Of a stretch of 64,000 nucleotides of DNA, positions 52,092-64,000 are shown piece by piece (within the stretch, counting starts at the first letter, position 1; every line of letters begins with the position of its first letter). Made by a program: the position numbers and the translations under genes. The stretch spans positions 4,595,502 through 4,659,501 of the forward strand of contig CAVNZM010000015.1 in the NCBI GenBank assembly GCA_963693365.1, given 5' to 3'. Source of the stretch: Amoebidium appalachense (taxonomy: Eukaryota > Protista > Ichthyosporea). The notes below the pieces were generated by a model that saw only the letters and a program-made list of their open reading frames with translations, made no database searches and had not been told where the DNA came from.

Positions 52092-52220
52092 TTCCCCCCT
52101 CGGGACTCAACACTGCCATTAGCCACCCTGCCGTATTTTCGTTATTCTCACCCAGACGGTTTTGGGGCTATAGTGTCTTTTGTTTGCTTGACATTACATG
52201 GTGTAGCTGGGTGCGAGGAA
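47620..52220 (+). pseudogene. Probable intron-containing Mutator-like (MULE) DDE transposase relic, with a LINE nested in an intron
   Basis: Short AG..GT-bounded exons give, in order: HCATPSCPLYFTI..GH, KIDAAG, GRKFFLLTGFIRRKD, PTLSDSDAIIEHQIKSTF, FIENTVLPY-IYTTWAAL and FNMMTNGSTCWVRALK. This follows the MULE motif order. In-frame TGA stops at ~48228 and ~50146. Confidence 0.45.
48391..50065 (-). mobile_element. 5'-truncated, frameshifted LINE (RT and C-terminal domain), same clade as the 31-36 kb element
   Basis: Motifs QGGFR, FVDLKNAYDTV, GSLLSPLLFDVFIDDL, LFADD, YDYLGIP and FECGLP, followed by LAGYISP..D, VQWRCN..CHFC and DFLLN, ending at TGA 48393-48391. Confidence 0.9.
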
Positions 52221-53216
52221 TACCTATGCATGGTAGACTTTTAGGATTAACTGGCCCGGGCACTTAGTCTACTGGGGACTCCGCGGCGGGGCGGGGGCGG
52301 GGCGGGGCGGAGGAGGGGCGGGGCGGGGGGGGGGGGGGGGGGGGGGGTAGCTAGAATGTATATAGAGTATGAAGTACAGATTCATAACGGACATCATAAC
52401 GCAGAGTGCAAACCACAGGGGAGGGGGGGGGGAGGAGGAGGGGGGTGGGGGGTATGTAAGGGGGGGGGTGGCTAGGAATATGCTATTCATTGGGCTGGTA
52501 TCTAAATGACCAGCTAAAGTCAACGAAAGCGAGACTCATGCAAAATGGTATTTAGTATCATTAGGGAACAATTTTGCGAGCATCGGCCTGAACACGTAGA
52601 CCTGCACGAGTATTTTGTTACAAAATGCTTTAACTACTCGCCTGCATTTTACTGCTAAACATTTGTGCAACGGTGCATGGGTCACCAGGTTTCGTTGTCC
52701 AAACACTTGATGAGCCAGTCTCCCTAGTGTGTGGTAGTTGAACTATAAACATGGCAGGAGGCAAAAAAAGATACGAAAGATACTGTAGGGCACTACTGTT
52801 TCTAAAACGTGCCCACATGCATTCAGGTTCGGGAGTTTGTGCGTAGCTACATCTTGTTACATAAAATTCGTAAAAATCGTTGCGGAAAAACAACACCAAC
52901 CAACAAGAGGCGGGATAGGAAATAATTAGCTGTTGCAGCTTTCAACATATCCACATATCGGGCTTTTCTCATCTTTGCGATCGTCGGAGTTCAGAAAATG
53001 ACGAATTCGTGCCAAATATCACCCATAGCCAGCCCAGCATCCGTAACATCATCGGATCACTCACTAGTAACTTTCAGCTTACCACGCATCTAAACACCTT
53101 GTGCCACGTTAAAAACCGGGCACCAGAAAAATCCCCACCACATTCCAAAAAAAAGTGTGAAAGAAATCAACCCCAACCCCCCCCCCCCCCCCCCCCCTAC
53201 CACCACCACCCCAGCC

Positions 53217-54380
53217 TTACAACCCTACCGAAGCCATGCTGGCGGGCCTATTCAACACGAGGGCCTGCACCTGGTCTCTGTCCAGTGTCAAACGCGGCGG
53301 CTTCCTCCTGATGGGCGCTCGATGGCGAAAACTCCCCAATCGCCCAGTATCCCGCCCCCCTGCCTCATCATCGCTCGTTTCCGACTCCGAACTACTTCTA
53401 GAGCCAGGTGCAGGCGATGAAATGAAACTGGCACGCCGGAGTGGTGGTGTGGGGTCCCCAGGGCTACAGCGCGAGTCCATCTCTGCAACTTTTTCCAGTT
53501 TTTCTCGGAGAAGGGCTAAACCTTCGAGCGTTGTTGGGCTGCTTGCAGCCGCTGTCGGGCTGATTGCTCGCGCTAGAGTGATCTCTATCTCTGGCGTTGG
53601 TCTTTGCTCAGGGGCAACATCGAAGGATTTTGACGGAATGTCGGCCAACTGGGTGACGTCCGTTTGGCTCGTTTGTCTCTGTAGACCCCTGGCCCTGTTG
53701 TATAGATTCAAGTATTGCCTGCTCTCAGGATGTACTTCCATCTCTGTCAACTTGTATTGAATCATCTCCTTTCGAATTGCCAACCTCTCCTCTTGTGTTA
53801 GCTTTGCCGTCTTTGGGCCCGCACGATCGTATTCTTCACTACTCCATGTGTACTCCGTCCTTTGGCGTTTCATGTCAAAGTAGACATGCTTCTCATCCTC
53901 TACGTTTTCGCTGATTTCAGTCTCAAATAGGTCATTCTCTGTGTCATCCGTTTCGTTTTCTTGCTCCTGGTCAGAGCCTCCTGCCAGAATCTGTGAGAGC
54001 CGCTCACTCAAAACTTCAGGTTGTAGTCTTTTAATCTCCGAAAATTGCGCATGTGACATAGTAAGTTGTTTTCCAGCGCTTGCCTCGTTCCGTTTCTTAA
54101 AGCTGTGCCGTGGGCTAACTGATGCACTTGAAGCTGCACTCCCTCCTAAAGGGGTTATCGGTTGTGTGGGTACTGTGTCAACTGATAGTCCCTGCTTGTT
54201 ATAGAAGTCTAGTGGATCTGGCTCTAAACCTGGTGCTTTGGGTGTAAAAAAAAGGGCTTTAAGCTGTCGTTTGCTTGGTGTTTTGGACAAAGTGCCCGAG
54301 CTAAGTTCTGGAAGGCAGGACTCGGCATCCTGAGGAGAAAAATGGACGCGAGTATAAGACGTGTCTCTTGACAGATTCAT
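53217..54380 (-). CDS. Intronless PP1 regulatory protein with a PHACTR/neurabin/Bni4-type PP1-binding domain
   Basis: RVxF-like KHVYF followed by TWSSEEYDR..KLTQEERLAIRKEMIQYKLTEMEVHPESRQY, in a 387-aa repeat-free ORF. Confidence 0.85.
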   Translation of the reverse strand: MNLSRDTSYTRVHFSPQDAESCLPELSSGTLSKTPSKRQLKALFFTPKAPGLEPDPLDFYNKQGLSVDTVPTQPITPLGGSAASSASVSPRHSFKKRNEASAGKQLTMSHAQFSEIKRLQPEVLSERLSQILAGGSDQEQENETDDTENDLFETEISENVEDEKHVYFDMKRQRTEYTWSSEEYDRAGPKTAKLTQEERLAIRKEMIQYKLTEMEVHPESRQYLNLYNRARGLQRQTSQTDVTQLADIPSKSFDVAPEQRPTPEIEITLARAISPTAAASSPTTLEGLALLREKLEKVAEMDSRCSPGDPTPPLRRASFISSPAPGSRSSSESETSDDEAGGRDTGRLGSFRHRAPIRRKPPRLTLDRDQVQALVLNRPASMASVGL

Positions 54381-55937
54381 GCTTGGTTGGAAAAAGAGAT
54401 GTGCGAAGAATGGAGATGAAAGGAATCAGTTTAACATGTTTCAAAAAAAACGTATGGGCGAGTATGGCCTAGGTGGGCCGGATTTCAATCGGAATTCGTG
54501 TTCATAGCACAAAAACCATCAGTCATAAGAAGTGGCTGTATAGCATTTTGGTATCTAGAAACTAAAGTGCAGCACTTGTGCAGGTAAAACAAGTTTTTGA
54601 TAACAGAAACAAAAAGAAACGTAAAGGGGAAATCTTCGCCTTTTAAAACGTTCGTACTGCCAAAAAGAGTTTTCCGGGCGGAATCAAAGAAGTTCAAATC
54701 CGAACTAAATACCCACAGGATGTGTTCTATCAAGTCTAGCTATGTTACAGAGAATATAAAAAAAGACCCACTATTTCGTACTATTTCCTACTACTTGAAA
54801 TTTCAGGTCAAACTGCGTGAAAAGCAGGTTTTGATGAGATTTCTGCACTGAACCATGCTTTTACCTACACACGTGAAAGTTTGTGGACTCAGCAGCTGCA
54901 GCTGTGTCAAACACCTTGTGCCGAGAGCGTAATGTTTGCTATTTATAGGTGCTGTGGCTTATCGATCTAGCGGTGACAATGTTGGGTGCGCGATCGACGA
55001 ATGAGAGCAAGGCTTTGGAAAAGCACTTTCATGATGATTGGCTTGTAAGTTCGATGAGATCGAAGCTGAACAAGGGGGGTTTGGCAATTTAGTTTCACTG
55101 GAAAGCACTACGTACACATTGTTATAGGCTAATAGCTTTCGTGTTTATCCCTCTTATATACTGTAATTTAATATTCTGATACATAGTTTATATTTTTTAT
55201 TAAATTATTTTTTAGTGAACCACAAAAAATTAATTCATCTTTTGAGAACTTCTGTTTATTAATTAAACATTTTGAGACCTCACTTGACAGCACTAGTACT
55301 GCGGCGCCTGCTGCAGCACCCCCTCAATCACTCTCTGGGGCTGCGCCAGCAGGCCTCCGGAAGATGCCGGCCCGTGCTCAGCTCAGTCTGTGTGGAATTC
55401 GCAGAGAAGCCCTCCCAAAATAAAAAAAAAACTAAAAAAAAACTTGCACATGTTGTTTTTTACTGTACGAACAGAACGTAGCGAATAGCTGCACATGCAT
55501 GTGATTTTTGTTCCGATCAACGGTGCGCAAGCTTCATTGAAAAGTGCGGTTTGCAATCGTATGCGATTCATGCTCATGAACGATCGCAAATCTCGACTCA
55601 GATCACTAGGGTTGCGCAAAAATGTATGTTTCCATGTGTATCCTTACTTCACTTCTTTGCAGCGATTCCAGCGAACCGCTCCAGCTCGCTCTTGGATCGA
55701 GTGCATGCAAGTTCACCTTTTGTCCGTCGTAGAAGTTTCTATAGGCTTATAAACTCGCACTTTACTTATATATTTTCATAGGTGCACGGTATTCATTTAT
55801 ATATTATTTTTAAGGCCAAAATCTACTTGCTTCTATTATTTTTGCTTCAATACTCGCAAGTGCATTTCATCGTGTTCCCTACACTTTTATCATCCACCTC
55901 CAACTGTTTCAGTAATCAAGTTTTTTCACTAAGCACC

Positions 55938-58363
<2,426 letters not shown>

Positions 58364-59397
58364 TTTGAGATCGTAATTTGATGTTTGAAATCAGTTATGT
58401 GGATTGTTCTTGTTGCTTGGAGAGTAAACACTTCCTATGATGCTTTTTTTTTTTTTTTGCGCGCGGGGGGAGGGGGGGAGGGAAGGGGGGATGGGGGGAG
58501 TACATATGCATGGCTGGAGCGTGGTAGAGCTGTATGCACATCCACACACGATTGGCACACAAACAAGTGCACACCACATGCACACAGGCACTCGGACGTA
58601 CACGTTCCTTCCTTCCCCCCCCCCCCCCCCCTCCCCCCTTCCCCTCCACCTTCTCTCCTACACACATGCACATACACCTCCTCACCCTCACACAAACACT
58701 GCCACGCGACACCACCCACACCCCCACACGTGCACTACGCATCAGAAAATTCACGTTAGAAACGTGATTTATGTGGTTTTTTACTTATTCCTTTTGCTCC
58801 TATGTTCTCAAAGCGAATTTATCTTCAATGACATTGACAGTAAGGGAGTGCTCTGTGAAAGTCTTGTGAGTGCTATAATGGTTTGAAAGAATGAATCGGA
58901 ACCTGTTTAGGAGCTCTGATACTTGCTGTCGAACAAAACTTAAAATGTACCTTGAAACCGTGCGACACGAAATACAAATGTTGGCTGGTAACAAGTCCGA
59001 GTACTTGCTTGAATTTCGTTGATTTCTACCCCCCCCCCCCCCCCCCCAAACCGCCCACCACCCACTGACCACCACCACCACCACCGGTAATCCGCCCCCA
59101 CTGGCCACACACACACGCACGCGCGCACGCACACACGCACGCACACACGCACACACGCATGCACACGCACGCACACGCACACGCACGCGCGCGCACACAC
59201 ACACACGCAACGCACGCGCGCGCGCGCGCGCACACACACACACACACCGTGCACATACACACACACACACACACACACATACAACCGTTGCTGAGTCGGG
59301 CATGTAAGCAGTGTACACAGACACACAGTTTTTATTTTTTTATTAGCGCACAGTGTACACACACACACACAAGCACGATATCGATAGCACACACACA

Positions 59398-59439
<42 letters not shown>

Positions 59440-59564
59440 TACACACACACACACACATGTATAAACAAGCATCAGAAAGCTACGTACGTAGTAGTGCATG
59501 GCACATACATACATAGAGGGCTTAGACCCCCCCCCCCCCCTCCCCCCCCCCCCCCCCCCCCCCG

Positions 59565-59711
59565 GGGTCGGAACTCGAATTACTGTGGATGACGTGGGGC
59601 CCCCCTGAGGATCGATGGCATTGCTTATTATGCATACTCTTTATGTATGTTTTGCATTCTGCATCGTCTTATCCGTTGTTCTTGTGTACTTCGTACTTTA
59701 TGACGCATTTA

Positions 59712-59715
<4 letters not shown>
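59565..59715 (+). repeat. Representative copy of a dispersed ~100-150-bp repeat that ends in poly-C (about 10 divergent copies in the window)
   Basis: Core GAGGAT(GGGCTC)TGCTTATTATGCATACTCTTTATG..GCATTCTGCAT..TCCGTTG..TGTACTTCGTAC..AAACCCCC. Related copies at ~10815, 12281, 25269 and 25456 (+) and ~3065, 38345, 39145, 41640 and 52415 (-). Confidence 0.7.
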
Positions 59716-59751
<36 letters not shown>

Positions 59752-60485
59752 CCCCGGTTTGCCATCTGGTCGCTACGATTAAACGATTATTTTTTTTTGG
59801 CGATTCGATCTGGAGAAAAATCTGTTTTTGAGCGCCTCAACCAAGATTTTTGGCAGCCAACTTGAACGTGCCGGCGCAAAAACGCAACCGCCACAACCAC
59901 GTAGAAGTTCGCAAAGTGACTACTTTTTTGGCTAAAGGAGACATGACAGCTCATCCAATCTCTTTTAATTCCGGTTCTGCATTTAAGAGGTTTTTCTGCT
60001 TTTATATTGATTTAAACTTGCCCGTACTTCAAACCAGACACGCATTCTCACGTTAAGGGCAACCTGAGATTGAATCCGACAATCCTCTCAATGATACTTT
60101 TTCATGTTTAATAGTGGGAACGTACCGAAACTTTGTTCTTAGCTTTAGGTCTGGAGGAGGCGCGATTTCGATTCCCAGCTTTTTCTTGCCACAGCCTTCG
60201 TTCTCGTCACATGCGCTTTCTGCACGCCTGCATCCGTTGACATCACCTTTTCTTCACACAGACCCATTCAATTTCTTTACAGGAGGGTGAATGCCCCTTT
60301 TTTCGAAGAGTGATTTCCTTATATTGAACGCAAAACCATAGGGCTAGGTCGACACTTCTAAGTGACATTAAGAAATAACCGTCACTGGTCGCCGAAGAGC
60401 ACCGCCTTCATTCGTTGGCACACCTAATTTATAGGGGTATTTTTCCCCCTGGGTAGCTAGCGTACTAGCCACCGGGAAGACAACA

Positions 60486-61254
60486 ATGGCGAGCAACCCC
60501 CGGTCCCCTTTCGGGCCGGGTCGCCTGATGGGAATGGGCCCACAAACTGATGGTGCACCTCCGCATCCTATTCGGCTACTACCAACAGGAAACATGCCTC
60601 CCCCTCGCATGCCTGTCTTCCAGCAGCCGGTGCAAGGGGGGATAAAGAGGAGATATGGGGAGGTGATTGGGTCAATCCCTGGATACGGGGAGATGGAGCT
60701 TGGGTAAGTGTGGGTGTGTTATTGTGTGTGTGAATGTCCGCCCTTGGGTCGTGTCACCTTATGTTCATGCTTGTGTTCTCAAGTGCATGTGATGGCTTGT
60801 GGGCGTGTACTATTGCATGCAAACAGGCGTTTTTTTTTTGTTTTTTTTTAGAAACCGTAGACTTTGTGCACGGGTAGGTCGGAATAACTTAGATGGGGCT
60901 AGCTGATAACTTCTAGCCAAGCAGGTGGTTAATAGGAGTGGATGTGATCAGCAAGAAAGAGATAGCAGCTTATATCGCTAGATGTGCAAAGCGCAAGAGT
61001 GGCTTGAACATGAACACCAAGAGAAAAGGTAAACCATGAACATGTAACACGGGTCACGAGTAGTTGTTCTGACTGAAAGAAGGTTGCACTTTTGTTTCCG
61101 TAGTTAATTTTGGGCATGGGATCAGGTCAAGAAAGGTACGTACGCGGACGACTTATGACAAGGGTGGTAAGGGCCTGCGGCATTTTTCAATGAAGGTGTG
61201 CCAAAAGGTCGAGTCCAAGGGGATAACTTCATACAACGAGGTGTGTGTGACTCC

Positions 61255-61302
<48 letters not shown>

Positions 61303-61497
61303 CCCTCCAAAAAAAAAAAAAAAAAAAAAAGAAGAAGAAGAAGAAGGTGAAAAAAAGAGAAAACAAAAATACAAAAATGGTGGAGTGGTTGGGTCAAGGT
61401 ATGCTCGAGAGGAGGGCGAAAGGGTGATGTGTGGAGTCGAAAGGGGCCGTTTTTTTTTTGTTTTTTTTTGTTTTTTGTTTTTTTTTTGTGGTGGTGT

Positions 61498-61528
<31 letters not shown>

Positions 61529-62056
61529 GGGGGGGGGCAAATTTTGTGGGTTTCTATAAATGAACACGAGTATTTTTGTGTTTGTATGTGCCCGGCCTGT
61601 GTGTGCAATAGAGGCCACATTTATTAATGTGCTGGATGGGGAGGGAATGCGAGGGAGGGAGGGAGGGGGAAAGGGGGGGGGGTAATGATGTGCAAGTAGG
61701 TGTGTTTGCATGTTTCGAAGGAAGGGTGTTGAGGGGATGCTCAGCCATTCCACCCCTTTTCCGGTTCGAGTGCATGTTATATGTTCACATCTCTGAGCAA
61801 ACACATACGAGCTCCCGACACAGACACACACAGTTCTCTGTGTTGTCTCCATGCTCATAGAGCATTTACGATGAAATTGAATGGTCGTGCGACAGCCATA
61901 CCTGTGCATACACATGCACGTGCGCGCGCACACACACATACACACACACTCCACTCACTTGCTCACTCACGTTCACTCACTCACACACACACACACACAT
62001 TCACACGCATTTTTGCGCTTGCCCTCACACACACACACACACCACACAAAATTACA

Positions 62057-62117
<61 letters not shown>

Positions 62118-62313
62118 ACAGGTTGCCGAGGAACTAGTTAATGAGCTAATGGGCAAACTGCCTTCCACCCCCTTCAGCCACAACAAACGCCCATCAGATG
62201 AAATGGTATGCTCTGGTTCTATTTTTCATTGTTACTCAGATTTTTCATGAGATATATGATGGTTATAGCGGGTCTGTGAGTGTGTTAGTGGTGATTATGG
62301 AAGTGGAGGTGGT

Positions 62314-62376
<63 letters not shown>

Positions 62377-62514
62377 ATGTGCGCGTGTGCCCGCGCGTGT
62401 TTTGTGCGTGTGTGTGTGTATGTGCGCGCGCTCGTCCGTGTGTAGCGGGTGCGCGCGTCTGTGTGTGTGCGTGTGTGTTGGGGGGGGCAAAGGGGCAAAG
62501 GTGGGGGAGGGAGA

Positions 62515-62560
<46 letters not shown>

Positions 62561-63575
62561 ACGATATGGTGAGTGTACGATTAGCCGAGGTCTACGTGGG
62601 AGTCGTGTCATGGGCCAATCACATGGTGCAGAGAAGAAATATGGCAAGGACCGTGCATGATATGAGGGTAGGAGGGGTGCTGGGAGTGTTGGGTGTGTGT
62701 AGGGTTGCTGTATCTGTGACCACTAAGCCTCCCCCCCCCCCCCCCCCCCCAAAAAAAAAAAAAAAAAAAAAGAAAGAAAGAAAGAAAAAAAAAGGGTGGG
62801 GGGGGGGGAGGGGAAGGGGGGGGGGGGGGGGGGCTGTGGGTTTAAAGGTCAGATTTGTTTCAAACTCGGAACAACAATTCATTATGCTGTGCTAGTTTTA
62901 CTTTTTGTTTCTCCCTCTCACGAGCCTGTGTCCAGCACGTAAACTGTCTTGCAGTGAAATTCGTGCTCTGCCACATACACAACCACACACAAAGACAACC
63001 ACGTATGTTTTTTCACTGTCCGTGTTGGCCTGTTGCAGTAAAAGGGTCTTTCTTGCGCCATTTTCCCTAACCTTCCCATCCCTTCTTCCCCCCCCCCCCC
63101 CCCCCCCCCTTCCCCCTCCCCCTCTCACCTCCAAACACACACCGTGAAAATCTCTCTCCCAGCAACTTATCCACACGCACACATTCACATGTACACCTCC
63201 CTCCCCCCCCCCCCCCCCCCTACCTCCCTCCCTCCCCCCTCCTCCAACCTTCGTTTCTCTTTCGCCCCCTCCTTCCCTTCTCCCCCCCTCAACCCCTCCC
63301 TCAACCCCGTTCGTTTCTCTTTCACCCCTTTCTTCTCTCTCTCTCTCTCTCCCTCCCTCCCTCCCTTCCTCTCTCTCTCTCTCCTCCTCCTCCCCCCCCC
63401 CCATCCCCCCGGCTCTTTATCCCTCCTGCAGCTGTTTGACCAAAAGAACATAAGGCGACGTGTCTACGATGCCCTTAACGTGCTGATGGCGATGGAGATT
63501 ATTACCAAAGATGGAAAGAGCATAAGATGGGTCGGCCTGCCAACAAACGCAACACAGGAGCACAGGCATCTGAGA
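60486..63575 (+). CDS. TFDP: E2F dimerization partner DP, 5' part. Exons 60486-60703, 61126-61240, 62122-62205, 63432-63575; continues beyond the window
   Basis: [33 protein letters not shown] and [35 protein letters not shown] are the DP winged-helix/DEF box signature. Splice phases are consistent. Confidence 0.96.
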
Positions 63576-64000
63576 GTATGTTTAAATTTACACACCTCCC
63601 CCCCCCCCCCCCCCCCCCCCCTTCCTCCCCCTGCCGGTGTCTCTACCTTCTGCACCATAATCACAGAAAGGAGGGGGAAAGGGGGGGGGGGGGGGGAGGG
63701 GGGGGAGGGGGGGGGGGAAGAGGAAAGGAAAAAAGAAAAATGAAACGAGGAAGTAGCTCATTCTCTCCCGTTCCCTCACCGCCTGTTTTGCTCTCGCTCC
63801 CTTTCTCTTCCCCACTATGTTGTCGTTATAGATGCGTACTTAGTACACTGTAGCTCATGTCGAACCAGTCCTCCTCTTATCCAACATAACAGCTTTGCAT
63901 AGTATTCCAGATTAGTCTCTCTCTCTCTCTCTGTCCCCCCCCCCCCCCCCCCCCCCCCCCCACCCACCCCTCGTCTCGCCGTGTGTGTGTGCACGTGCGC

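Noticed and set aside
59790-60180. E2F autoregulatory sites upstream of DP
   Set aside because: Only near matches (TTTGGCGA, GGCGCGATTT) and no exact TTTSSCGC site.

Overview
Eukaryotic genomic DNA, probably from a unicellular opisthokont (an inference from gene content and LINE type). Introns and intergenic DNA are saturated with (CA)n/(GT)n microsatellites and 20-60 nt poly-C/poly-G tracts, so most ORFs in the supplied track are spurious. Reading exons by eye supports these genes: SDHAF3/ACN9 (3' part), a C2H2 zinc-finger protein broken by three +1 frameshifts, a 10-exon annexin with a GYPP tail, an unknown 5-exon protein (Phe/Pro-rich N-terminus, hydrophobic hairpin, two zinc ribbons), RPL18A, an intronless PHACTR/Bni4-like PP1 regulator, CCDC12/Cwf18 and the 5' part of the E2F partner DP. 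Mobile DNA includes a near full-length APE-RT LINE whose ORF2 is split by a complete 1162-bp TRIM (430-bp LTRs, 5-bp TSD, copia-type half-tRNA primer site), two more LINE fragments, two probable intron-containing Mutator-like transposase relics, a MITE-like insertion and a poly-C-linked dispersed repeat. The most notable signal is intron architecture. Most introns have complementary halves (G/GT versus C/CA), and several 3' splice sites have (CA)n in place of a polypyrimidine tract, which suggests structure-guided splicing. All exon models were derived by eye, and homopolymer errors in the assembly are likely.
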